IMG/VR virus record: IMGVR_UViG_3300025150_000003
Coordinates: 64,001-128,000 of that record
Direction: 5' to 3' (one strand)
Source: a virus
DNA: 64,000 nucleotides
Under the pieces are notes generated by a model, which worked only from the letters and a program-made list of their open reading frames with translations, made no database searches and had not been told where the DNA came from. Positions 16,648 through 25,935 of this stretch are shown here, piece after piece. The stretch's first letter is position 1, and every line of letters begins with the position of its first letter. The position numbers were made by a program, and so were the translations under genes.

Positions 16648-17016
16648 ATGTCATACACGATCGGAACGCTCATCTATGGCGTCACCTCGGACGGAAGGGA
16701 CGCCATTGCGGAGGCTCTGGGAAAAGTTCTCTACCCTCCCACTAACCACCACCCCTTCCGGGTCTCAGACCTGTGCTATGAAGACTTCGAGAACAACGGG
16801 TTTCACCTGAGGTACACCGATGATGGCTACCCCACCTACTGGTGCGGGATCCGTATCGGGGAGATCACCGAGGTGGACAATGTCCGAGTGAGTGACCTCC
16901 CGCAACCCTCGGACGAGCAGAAAACAAGGGCTCGGGAACAGATCGCCAATCTCCTCCCGGCTGTCCAGGCCGTGTGTGGGAAGCCCGATCTCTGGATCAT
17001 CTGGTCACGGTCATGA
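16648..17016 (+). CDS. Hypothetical protein
   Basis: 122 aa, operonic spacing. Confidence 0.75.
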   Translation: MSYTIGTLIYGVTSDGRDAIAEALGKVLYPPTNHHPFRVSDLCYEDFENNGFHLRYTDDGYPTYWCGIRIGEITEVDNVRVSDLPQPSDEQKTRAREQIANLLPAVQAVCGKPDLWIIWSRS

Positions 17017-17043
17017 GACGCACCACCTGGTGGGAGAGCCTCG

Positions 17044-17415
17044 ATGGCTAAGGCCAAAAGCACCACCGATGAGAAGCTCACCCGAGGGTTGGCTCTCATC
17101 GACATCTCGAAGGGGACGTGGCGGACGACCGTCGCAGCAGATCCCAAGTTCATGAAACCGGGTACGATCATCGACTTCCGGCCCAGCCACCCCTCCACGG
17201 GGACCAACACAGGTCCCGATGGAAAGGAACTGGGATGGGACCTCGGATGGACTGTGGTCTCTGCGATCAAGCTCCACTACGGGGTGGTCGAGACGAAGTG
17301 CAGACCAGGTTCAGGAGAGACAGGACCTCCGATCATCACCAAGTACACCCGGCTGTACCAAGAGTTCGATCTGAAACCCATGCTCGAACAACGGAGGAAG
17401 GAACGTGGAATCTGA
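17044..17415 (+). CDS. Hypothetical protein
   Basis: 123 aa, GGGAG RBS. Confidence 0.75.
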   Translation: MAKAKSTTDEKLTRGLALIDISKGTWRTTVAADPKFMKPGTIIDFRPSHPSTGTNTGPDGKELGWDLGWTVVSAIKLHYGVVETKCRPGSGETGPPIITKYTRLYQEFDLKPMLEQRRKERGI

Positions 17416-17593
17416 GAGATCCCGACGTGTGGACATCAAGGCCATCCTGGCCGACCCCGAGCAGCGGAAGCGGCTCATGTTGGGAGCCACCACTTTCCTC
17501 ATCGGAGTGGGTGAGGACTTCAAGATCACAGAGGCCGAGGCCCGTTTCCGAGCCTCGGCCTTGTTTGACACACCGAAGGAAAACCAGGACTAG
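17405..17593 (+). CDS. Small hypothetical protein
   Basis: 62 aa, GTG start overlapping the previous gene. Its stop overlaps the convergent stop at 17590-17593. Confidence 0.6.
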   Translation: MESERSRRVDIKAILADPEQRKRLMLGATTFLIGVGEDFKITEAEARFRASALFDTPKENQD

Positions 17594-18144
17594 CCCTCGA
17601 CGGGCTCCACCCTCGGAGTGCCATCGGTCTTCGTGGCGGTGAACCGCTTGAAGATCAGCTCCCACAGGGCGATGGCGATACCACCCTCCAGTAGACCTGC
17701 CTTGAGGGCATCCCAGATGTTCGCCCCCGTGGCGAGGCCGATGGCAACACAAGCCACGAGGCCCAGGCCTACCGTGACCCACGGCACGTAGTCACGACCG
17801 ATCTTCGCTGCGAGACCCATCCGGTTGAACAGCCACATGAGCATCAGGAGCAGGAACCCAACGAACACGGTCCAGTGACCATTGGTTGCCGCGTCGAGCA
17901 ACTGTCCGATGATCGTGCCAGCCTCCTCATCGGTCGTGGGGACCTTGATCTCGGGTGCGGGATCCACAGGGACCACGACCTCAGTCACGGGCTCCGCGAC
18001 CACGTCCAGAGCCACAGGCTCAGTGACGTCATCGGGAGTCACATCGGAAGTGGTCACCACATCGGCATCCGGCAGGGCGGGACCCTCAGCCAGCGCCGGA
18101 GTGGCAAAAGACAGAACCAGCAGAAGCATCAACAAGAAACGCAT
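17590..18144 (-). CDS. Membrane protein with Sec signal peptide and about 3 transmembrane helices (possibly lysis-related)
   Basis: MRFLLMLLLVLSFATPALA signal, an acidic linker, then hydrophobic segments. GAGGTG RBS. Confidence 0.75.
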   Translation of the reverse strand: MRFLLMLLLVLSFATPALAEGPALPDADVVTTSDVTPDDVTEPVALDVVAEPVTEVVVPVDPAPEIKVPTTDEEAGTIIGQLLDAATNGHWTVFVGFLLLMLMWLFNRMGLAAKIGRDYVPWVTVGLGLVACVAIGLATGANIWDALKAGLLEGGIAIALWELIFKRFTATKTDGTPRVEPVEG

Positions 18145-18157
18145 ACTTCACCTCTTC

Positions 18158-18499
18158 TCAAGAATCCAGCAAGCGCTCGACCAACGCGGCCTTTGTACCC
18201 GAAGCAGGAAGTCCCTTGCTCTCGGCGAGCGCCACCAGATCCGGTTTCTTCATGCCCTCCAGCTCTTCCTGAGAGAGTGGGCTGGAGGGCTCCTGGAGCA
18301 CGATCGCTCCGGGTGTGGGCGGCGAGCTTTCTCTGTAGACCCGTGGCTTCCCAACCTCTCCGAGTCGCAGTTGCAGCTCTTGCCGCTGGGCAAGAGTGAG
18401 GGCCGGGTTGGAGAGGGCCTGCCGAAGTTGCATCCGGTAGGCCTTCTCTGCCTTGGCCCGAGTCTCCAGGGCTACCTGGCGTCGGTTGATGAAAGGCAT
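18158..18499 (-). CDS. SAP-like (helix-extension-helix) domain protein
   Basis: C-terminal LEGMKKPDLVALAESKGLPASGTKAALVERL. Confidence 0.8.
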   Translation of the reverse strand: MPFINRRQVALETRAKAEKAYRMQLRQALSNPALTLAQRQELQLRLGEVGKPRVYRESSPPTPGAIVLQEPSSPLSQEELEGMKKPDLVALAESKGLPASGTKAALVERLLDS

Positions 18500-18501
18500 A
18501 C

Positions 18502-18870
18502 TCAAAGCCCCCCATACTGAGAGTCCGTCGTGCACTTTTCACAATGGCGAAGTTCCCCTCTGAGAGGAACTAGGTGACGACGACCTAGATGATGGTATTG
18601 AGGGACCCGCTCAGCATCATGACCTTCAGAGAAGTGAGCCTTCCTGGCCAGGACGGCGATGTCATGATCGTCTAGGTCACCCGCCACCCAGGCCCGATAC
18701 TCTGCCACCAGGTCCTCCGCCGTCTGCTGCGAGCGGATGTTCAGCGCTGGGGCGTGGGACTTGGCACCGAGCGGCCTGGCAAGGGGATGGCTCCCCTTGG
18801 GCCACAACGAAACGGTGACCATCCCGAGGGCCACCTGAGCCACTTTCTGAAAAAAGCCACGACGGTTCAT
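18502..18870 (-). CDS. Hypothetical protein with twin-arginine-like N-terminus
   Basis: MNRRGFFQKVAQVALGMVTVSLWP. The start overlaps the upstream stop (TGATG). Confidence 0.6.
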   Translation of the reverse strand: MNRRGFFQKVAQVALGMVTVSLWPKGSHPLARPLGAKSHAPALNIRSQQTAEDLVAEYRAWVAGDLDDHDIAVLARKAHFSEGHDAERVPQYHHLGRRHLVPLRGELRHCEKCTTDSQYGGL

Positions 18871-21800
18871 CAGGTTCCTCGCAGAGTCTCAGGGTACACG
18901 GCCAACGTCACCGCTGCCGGGTCGGGGACTGCCCGACTGTACCCACGGAACATCGGGCGACCCATGCAACGGTAGCGATCCGCCGCTGCATAGCCCTCTC
19001 CGTAACCGGAGGGGCTGATGATCCCGTCGAGAGTCATCCCTTCCTGCACCGTCATGCCATTGCCGAGATGGGCGTAGGTCAGGATGACCATCTGGATCTC
19101 ATCCCCGTCGCTGGTCTTCGCCAAGGAACCACCCGCAAAGGCCTCCTCGTAGTAGTTGCGCACCAGCATGGCACGGCAGGCAAGGACACCGCCCTTGACG
19201 ACTGGAGCGGCCGACTTCGGGAAGCTCTCGCTGACCCAGTCAAGAGGCCCACCCGGATTGTCACCCGAGAGAACGTAGGCGGCTCCACCACCACGGTAGA
19301 TGCGGAACTTCTTGGTGGCTCCAACAGGAGCGGTGTCCGTCCAGGCCGCCCACGAGTATGGAGCCACCAGCACATCGGCCATGGCGACCAGTTCACCGGG
19401 AGCCCCCATGAACCTGCTGTACTCCTCACCACCACCCGTGAGGGGCATCAGGGTCTGGATGGGTCGGAGAGGAGCCGGCCACGAGGTCATCGCGGATGAC
19501 GTGTCCCCGAGAGGGTTCTCACTCAGGAAATCATTGTCTTGCACCAGGACGCCCAAGGGCAACCGCTCGGTCATCCCTGCGAGAGCCACCTGGCTCGTGC
19601 CGTTACCAGCATTGACTGGCAAGTCCACCCCACCAAAGAGATTGGTTGCCGTGGTCTGATGGCCTACTGGCGGCTCGTTGCTGAACGGGATACCCAGTCG
19701 GAAGGTGCTTGTGAGGAGCAACCCGGGGTCTGTTCCTATCGTTGCACCAAATTTCTCACGACCCACCTCGATCCGAACCCCGTTGCCCTCAGCACCTGTG
19801 GGCACGGCTTCAATGGTCACCTTGGGAGTGCCATCATTGTAAGCCGTCACCGTGCGTTGGAGCTTGGTGTTCGCGTTGATGCACGTCACCAACCCATCGG
19901 CCGTTTTCTTGTTCGACGGTGAATTCTTAACCAATCGAATGTCGAACACAGCCGCCGACAGGTCCACATCATAGGCTGCGAGGTTGGTTTCGTGCAGCAC
20001 CGCGACGTCGAGATTGATCGAGGCCGGCGTGAGTGTGAGAGCACCCGTCGTCTGGTTACGGAACGTGATGATGATGGTGTCCGGGGCAACGACACGTCCA
20101 TCAACCACGAAACCCGTCAGCATCGTAGCAATGTCGGGGGGATTGACCACCACCACATCCCCAACCTGGGCTCCGGTAAAAGCCTTGGCGACTTCTGTCA
20201 CGGAACCCGCTCCCACCGACCCTATCTCAGCTTGGGTGACGTTGATGGTCTTGATCGGCTGAAGATCAGAGAGTTGGTCGAAAGGAATTGCCGGATAGAC
20301 ATTCCGAGCCCTGACCGTGACGAATCCAGGGGTCGTCACGGTTGCATCAAACAGTGCTGCAACCGGTGTGGTTAGTGGGTTCAGAATGACCCCGTCACCA
20401 ATGGCGGCGAAGGTCATCGGCACGTTCACGGATGCTATGCCCCCAGCGGACACGATCCCCAGGTTCACCACTTCTTGTGCCAGCACAGTCTCGGTGATGT
20501 CTGAGAACTCATCCTCCTGGAAGATGTCGTCGGGATCCACCCCGGCAAGCACCAGTGTGGCACCGAAGACTGCGGTAGACCCGTAAAGCGTCACCACGGA
20601 ACCATCCAGCAAGATGAACCGGACATAGAAGGCGTCGTCGTAGGTGTGGGCCTGTACCATCGACTGAGCACTCAGGATCTCCACCGTAGCCCGAGCACGG
20701 CTTGAGTTCTCTTTCTGACCCTCAGTGAACGACCGCACCTGGATGCGCCAGTCGTTCGAGGTGGATTCCAGAGGCATCCGCGTCGCCGAGAGAAGGTCAG
20801 CCTGAATGTTCCCCACGTCAAGAGACGTACCGGGGAACAGTGCCCCGCTGATCTTGCCGGTCCCGAGAGTGGTGTAGAAGTCCATCGAGGCCAGGACCTC
20901 GAAAGCTCTCTCGTTGGCCATCTGAGGCATGAAATCACCGGCCGAATCGAACTGCTGCACCGCCGTTCGAAGCAGGTTCGCCTGGCTCGGGGAGAGCCGA
21001 CCATACCGGTTCTCGTAGTCCGCCGTCTGACGGGTGTCCCCATCCCGGCTCATGAAAGGGTCACCTTGGTAGACCGTGCGGTTGTAGGCCGAGTAGAGGC
21101 GATCATTCACCCCTGCAGGGCTGGGGATGCACATGGGCACGTTCTCGAACTCGGCATCGTCCCCATCAACGTTCTGGTTGAAGCTACCATCACGGTCACG
21201 CATCAGTACGATGTTACAGGTGTCAATGAATCCCTTGGCGAAGAAGAACACCGTGCACTCAACCACATAGTCAAAGTCCTCGAAAACCGACACATTCTCC
21301 ACGTAGGTGGGGACACGGGTCAGATCGAGAACGTTGCTCGGGATGATGTAGGTGTGGTCTCCCGTCTCCTCGGTCAGGTCCTTCGCCCCATCCCGTAGGA
21401 TGAACAAGGACTGCTGATCTGCGTCCTCCCGTAGGAGATTGATCGCAGGGTTCAACTCCATCTCGTAACGATTCGACTTGAAAGCCGTACCGCCCTTGGC
21501 CACGTAGTCGTCGAACTCATAGACCCCGTAGAGGCGAGCGATGCCCATGTAGGGTGGCATCTGGATGCCTTTCAACCCACGACCCAGGTCCGACGAGTTG
21601 ACCGCCGCCAGGGCTGCAATCACGTCACGGGTGTTCTGACCTGCCAACGGGTTGAGGTCTGTGGTCTTGCGAGCCCCGTAGGCCCCTACAGCCTTCGGGC
21701 CATAGGTGGCATTCGTGCTCGCGTAAGCGATCTCCGAAGCCCTGGTCACGAGGAACAGGGAGTTGACCTCGGAGCCACCCGCGTTGCGCTCCCCACCGAT

Positions 21801-24800
21801 GAAATTGAACACCGGGTTGGTCACGTCCGTGACATCGGTGAACAGGTGGTTGATGCCAGGCATGAATCCGGCAGATGTGGGCACCGTCCCAGCATTGAGC
21901 TGCCGGTAAGGAATGTCCTGGCGACCGAACCGAGGCATGAACTCAGGTGGGATCTCCACACCCATCTTCTTACCGGTGTTGGCCGTACCAGTCAGGATCG
22001 TGAGAGTGTCCTTGTTGACCGTGCTCGGGTAATCATAGCTGCCAAGCAGACAATCCGCCACTGGCCAGGTCAGAGCCTGAAGGGTCATGTCCCGGTTACG
22101 GAACGGCCGGAAGAGGACGGTCTTGGACCCTCGGTCCACGAAACACTCGTGCTCCCGGTCCTGCTCGGTGAACCCCACCACGGCCCCACCATAGGCGGGA
22201 GCATCCGGGGCGTGCCAACCGAGACCCGAGAGCCGGTTCCATGTCTGGATGTGAACCGTGGGCCAGTAGGTTTCATCCGTAGCAGTGCCGACTGGGAATG
22301 TCGTGTCGATGCCCGATGGAGCCCGACGCAGATAGGTGCCCAGAGTCTCTTCGGATCCACCCCGCATTGCGAAACGCACGAACTCATCAGGTACACGAGT
22401 CGTTGCCGACCGACCAGGATGGTAGAGCAGGGTGGTTGAAAGGACCATTTTACTGGGAGAGTAGTAGGGACCAATCCCACTTTCCCGCACAAGAAACAAC
22501 CCGGGTTCCAGGTTGTTCAATGCCCAGGGAGAGCCATCATAACCCTCACCACCAATGTCCGTCAGCACCACCATGAAGTCTGCCACCCGACCGGGGTAGG
22601 ACGAGACGTCATCAGCGTTGTGGTACTGGGACCGGAAGTCCACCGTGATCTCGTTGCCTGAGCCCGTGGCTGACCAGGTTGTAAAGTCCGCCGACAATGG
22701 CTCCAACACCAGCATCCCTGCCGCTGAACCTGAATGCTCGGTGTACCCGGCAGTGCCCGCCCCGATGACCCGGAAGGCCCCATTGTTGTTGCGCCCCGTG
22801 GGGTCCCCAAATGTCACGATGTAGACTTCGGAGGAGGCACCTGAGATGTCCTGGCCGTTGTTCGTCAGCATCCCGTACAGGGTACGCTCACCCCTGAGCA
22901 GGGGCTCAGATACCGCCGTGGGGTCGTTCTGGAAGACCCCACTCAGGTCCTTGTGATAGAACACCCCATCAGTGTCGAAGTCGATACCCTTACCAGTCAG
23001 GTCAAGGTAATGCCGTGTGATCCCATAGCCACCAACATCAGCCACCGACGTAAGGTTCGAGACATTGACAGCCGGGATGCGGAGGGTGGACTTCAGCAAT
23101 CCGCCAAGCACGATGAATGGGCTCTCAAAACGGGACTCCCGCCAGGGATACATTGGACCGGGGTAGCCAGCACGGTCCACATCGGGCAATGCTGCGGGAG
23201 GAGCCGTGGTCAGGTACTCATCAAGAAACCTGAGCGTGACAGGGTGCTGGTTACCGTTGTTCGAGTTGGCGACGGGGTAGCCGGACTTCCAGAACTCCTG
23301 AGGAGTCACGAACCGGACGTCCTCAACACCACTGTCTCGGAACGTCCCCCGAGCACCACCTACGCCAGTGGAGCCACCGATGAAAAGGTGAACCGAGGAG
23401 CCGTTGTACCACCCAGCGGATAGACCACCGGTGTTCAAGAACCCAATGGGCTTGAGGTCTGCCCCCACATCCCACTGCACGTTGGCGTCGAACCCGGTAT
23501 TGGTGAACCCCACCAGCCCGGTGGCGTCCCGAGTGGCGGTCTCGTCGAGCAACAGAGTCACATCCGGCTGGATGGTGGCTGCGTCCGACCAGATGGTGCG
23601 GATCCCGTCAGGGCCATCTACAGGATCGGTCTGGTTGGGATGATCCACACCCCCGGCGTACATCTCACAGACCTCATGAACGACAGGGCCTTCGGTGACA
23701 CCAGGATTTGACTCCTTCCAGGCCGTCCGCAGGGTGCCCTTGGCCAGTGCTGCTACGTTGTGGGTCAGCAGCCGAGTGTAGTCCCAGTCGCCCGGGTTCA
23801 CAGCCCGCCGCAGGTCCAACACATCCTGTGAGGCGATCTCATCGGCGTACAGTCCGTCAGGACGAGTGTTGAACTGAGTGATGAGAGCACCCGTCAGGTG
23901 CCCCACCGCTGCCGTGCCCCACCGTCCCCGCCCACCGGCTGGGATGGTGATGGTCCCACCAAGCAGGTCCACCGCCGAGATGCCAACGATCTCATCGTCG
24001 ATACGGAGAAACACACCCGAGAGGACGTGGGCAGTGTCTTCCAACCCACAACCGTTGAGGTTCGTGACCGCGATCGTGAAGTTTGCCAGCTTGCCATCAT
24101 CCGGCCCCAGCATGGCTCCCAGCTCTGCCTGGAGCAGAGGCACCACTCCGGCCAGGGTGGACACACCTGGTGTGCGGAGGGTGGCCCCGTTCTGCTCTGC
24201 GTTGCCGGCTGCCTTGGCAGAGATGTAAGTCTGGCTGTTGCGGCGGAACACCGCACAGATCGGGATCGCGTAGGTGTAGCCGTCGATGGTTCCCAGTGCG
24301 TTATTCGGGTCTCCATCCCCAGCACGCCACAGGGACGTGTCCCCGAGGGACTCCCGCATATTGACCCACGTCATCCCTGCCACAGGGGCAGTGGTGTTGG
24401 CTCCCTGGCCAAGAATGTTGGGGTCCCCGAGCCCGTCCGGGTGGACGGCCAGGTTCACGCCAGCGCCACCCCCCAGGCCGGAGCCATAGACGCGGAGGCG
24501 GTACTGAACTTGAACCCGCTTGGTCGTCTCGGATCCCACGGTGGGATCTTCAAGATCGTCGGTGAGGTTCGTGCCTCCGTGCTTGACGTTGCCGTACTTC
24601 CAGATGGTCGCGACAGTGGGCTTGTTCAGGGTCGAGGGGTTCGGCTGCACCGTGGAGGACCAGGCCTCCAGGAACACGAAGTCGGTACGAGCATCAGATC
24701 CCGGCGGGGGGTAGAGCTTGATGACGTTGTGGACAGCAGCGGCCTCGGTGATGTCCGTCCCGGCGACCGGAATGATCCAGCCGTTGACGTTGGCCCACAC

Positions 24801-25097
24801 GATCGGCTGAGTCTCGTTCGCATCAAGAGACCCCGTGGCACCTCGCGGCACGCCAAGGTGGAAGTGGTTGGCCCACAGCTTGTTGAACTTGAAATCGAGC
24901 TGTGCCCTGGTGGGGTCCATCAAGAACCCAGACGGCATCAGACCTGCGACATACTGCCGCAGGCGCTCCTGCTCGGAGGCGGACATCAGGTTCAGCTCGG
25001 CATCCAGCGGAGGCTTGCCCTTCTGCCAAATGACGGCGGCCCAGGCCCGATCGATCGGGCTCATGGTGCGTGAAATGCCGGTTCCGTAGTCAAGCAT
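18870..25097 (-). CDS. Large virion (baseplate/tail-fibre-associated) protein, paralogue of 28965-32621
   Basis: 2075 aa, beta-rich. Motifs WQKGKPPLDAELN, RTDFVFLEAW, ETTKRVQVQYRLRV, DGYTYAIPI and RPDGLYAD...DLR. Confidence 0.75.
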   Translation of the reverse strand: MLDYGTGISRTMSPIDRAWAAVIWQKGKPPLDAELNLMSASEQERLRQYVAGLMPSGFLMDPTRAQLDFKFNKLWANHFHLGVPRGATGSLDANETQPIVWANVNGWIIPVAGTDITEAAAVHNVIKLYPPPGSDARTDFVFLEAWSSTVQPNPSTLNKPTVATIWKYGNVKHGGTNLTDDLEDPTVGSETTKRVQVQYRLRVYGSGLGGGAGVNLAVHPDGLGDPNILGQGANTTAPVAGMTWVNMRESLGDTSLWRAGDGDPNNALGTIDGYTYAIPICAVFRRNSQTYISAKAAGNAEQNGATLRTPGVSTLAGVVPLLQAELGAMLGPDDGKLANFTIAVTNLNGCGLEDTAHVLSGVFLRIDDEIVGISAVDLLGGTITIPAGGRGRWGTAAVGHLTGALITQFNTRPDGLYADEIASQDVLDLRRAVNPGDWDYTRLLTHNVAALAKGTLRTAWKESNPGVTEGPVVHEVCEMYAGGVDHPNQTDPVDGPDGIRTIWSDAATIQPDVTLLLDETATRDATGLVGFTNTGFDANVQWDVGADLKPIGFLNTGGLSAGWYNGSSVHLFIGGSTGVGGARGTFRDSGVEDVRFVTPQEFWKSGYPVANSNNGNQHPVTLRFLDEYLTTAPPAALPDVDRAGYPGPMYPWRESRFESPFIVLGGLLKSTLRIPAVNVSNLTSVADVGGYGITRHYLDLTGKGIDFDTDGVFYHKDLSGVFQNDPTAVSEPLLRGERTLYGMLTNNGQDISGASSEVYIVTFGDPTGRNNNGAFRVIGAGTAGYTEHSGSAAGMLVLEPLSADFTTWSATGSGNEITVDFRSQYHNADDVSSYPGRVADFMVVLTDIGGEGYDGSPWALNNLEPGLFLVRESGIGPYYSPSKMVLSTTLLYHPGRSATTRVPDEFVRFAMRGGSEETLGTYLRRAPSGIDTTFPVGTATDETYWPTVHIQTWNRLSGLGWHAPDAPAYGGAVVGFTEQDREHECFVDRGSKTVLFRPFRNRDMTLQALTWPVADCLLGSYDYPSTVNKDTLTILTGTANTGKKMGVEIPPEFMPRFGRQDIPYRQLNAGTVPTSAGFMPGINHLFTDVTDVTNPVFNFIGGERNAGGSEVNSLFLVTRASEIAYASTNATYGPKAVGAYGARKTTDLNPLAGQNTRDVIAALAAVNSSDLGRGLKGIQMPPYMGIARLYGVYEFDDYVAKGGTAFKSNRYEMELNPAINLLREDADQQSLFILRDGAKDLTEETGDHTYIIPSNVLDLTRVPTYVENVSVFEDFDYVVECTVFFFAKGFIDTCNIVLMRDRDGSFNQNVDGDDAEFENVPMCIPSPAGVNDRLYSAYNRTVYQGDPFMSRDGDTRQTADYENRYGRLSPSQANLLRTAVQQFDSAGDFMPQMANERAFEVLASMDFYTTLGTGKISGALFPGTSLDVGNIQADLLSATRMPLESTSNDWRIQVRSFTEGQKENSSRARATVEILSAQSMVQAHTYDDAFYVRFILLDGSVVTLYGSTAVFGATLVLAGVDPDDIFQEDEFSDITETVLAQEVVNLGIVSAGGIASVNVPMTFAAIGDGVILNPLTTPVAALFDATVTTPGFVTVRARNVYPAIPFDQLSDLQPIKTINVTQAEIGSVGAGSVTEVAKAFTGAQVGDVVVVNPPDIATMLTGFVVDGRVVAPDTIIITFRNQTTGALTLTPASINLDVAVLHETNLAAYDVDLSAAVFDIRLVKNSPSNKKTADGLVTCINANTKLQRTVTAYNDGTPKVTIEAVPTGAEGNGVRIEVGREKFGATIGTDPGLLLTSTFRLGIPFSNEPPVGHQTTATNLFGGVDLPVNAGNGTSQVALAGMTERLPLGVLVQDNDFLSENPLGDTSSAMTSWPAPLRPIQTLMPLTGGGEEYSRFMGAPGELVAMADVLVAPYSWAAWTDTAPVGATKKFRIYRGGGAAYVLSGDNPGGPLDWVSESFPKSAAPVVKGGVLACRAMLVRNYYEEAFAGGSLAKTSDGDEIQMVILTYAHLGNGMTVQEGMTLDGIISPSGYGEGYAAADRYRCMGRPMFRGYSRAVPDPAAVTLAVYPETLRGT

Positions 25098-25110
25098 GTT
25101 CAGTCCGCCT

Positions 25111-25932
25111 TCAGAACAGCAGCGCGAAGCTGGCCAAGAACATCTTACTGGTCGTGTCGTTGCGGAACGCCAGTCTTACTGAGGTCGTCTTGCTCGCGTA
25201 GAAGACAGGCTCCAACAAGTTGACCTCAGTCCAGGTAGTCCCGTTATCGGGGGTCAGGTAGACGGTGAGACCCACAGGTTCTTGGTCCGTCTCCTTCAAC
25301 TGTCGTAGAGCCGGACTATTGACCCCGGCGTACAACCCCTCGTCTGCTGCGATGTCTTCGGTGACGTTGAAATCGTAGAGTTTCCAGTAGACTGCGAACT
25401 CATCAGCCCCAACCGTGTCCCCAGTGCAATTGAGGGTGTACAGGCTGAGATCGATCTCATTGGTGATGATGAGGCCAGGCCTCACCGGTGTCATCGTGTC
25501 ATTCTGAGCCAGGATGGCCGTGTGGGTGGGCATCTGACCATCAGCCGGTGCTGCCGCAACCTCACGCCCGGTCTGGAAGCGGGGGAAGAACAGGTCAACC
25601 CCATCCGTGAGCCAAAAACTCTGATCCAGCACCAACTCGGCGACGTGGTCGGAAGTGAGCAGCGGGTTGAAGTACACGTTGCCGTACTGCGGATACAGAG
25701 CGAGCAGGTGAGCGTACCCCTTGCTCGCCACGTCCCCGCCATCGATCTCCCCTGCCCCATCGAGCACATAGTCGGTGAGGGTGATCGGGAACTCCACATC
25801 CAAGGGCAGAGGGATGGCGTACTTCCCGTTGATGGACACAGCCCCATCGGACCCAATCACGGGGTCGGCCTGTGCCTGGATGATCGCGGGGGCACCAGCC
25901 AGATGGCTTCGTAGGTCTACGAGGAGCCTCAT
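25111..25932 (-). CDS. Putative virion structural protein
   Basis: 273 aa, acidic and beta-rich, inside the tail operon. Confidence 0.7.
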   Translation of the reverse strand: MRLLVDLRSHLAGAPAIIQAQADPVIGSDGAVSINGKYAIPLPLDVEFPITLTDYVLDGAGEIDGGDVASKGYAHLLALYPQYGNVYFNPLLTSDHVAELVLDQSFWLTDGVDLFFPRFQTGREVAAAPADGQMPTHTAILAQNDTMTPVRPGLIITNEIDLSLYTLNCTGDTVGADEFAVYWKLYDFNVTEDIAADEGLYAGVNSPALRQLKETDQEPVGLTVYLTPDNGTTWTEVNLLEPVFYASKTTSVRLAFRNDTTSKMFLASFALLF

Positions 25933-25935
25933 GGG

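Noticed and set aside
18552-18588. Two adjacent short hairpins (gttcc...ggaac and ctaggt...acctag)
   Set aside because: The stems are short, lie within an ORF and have no clear U-tract. Insufficient for a terminator or ncRNA call.
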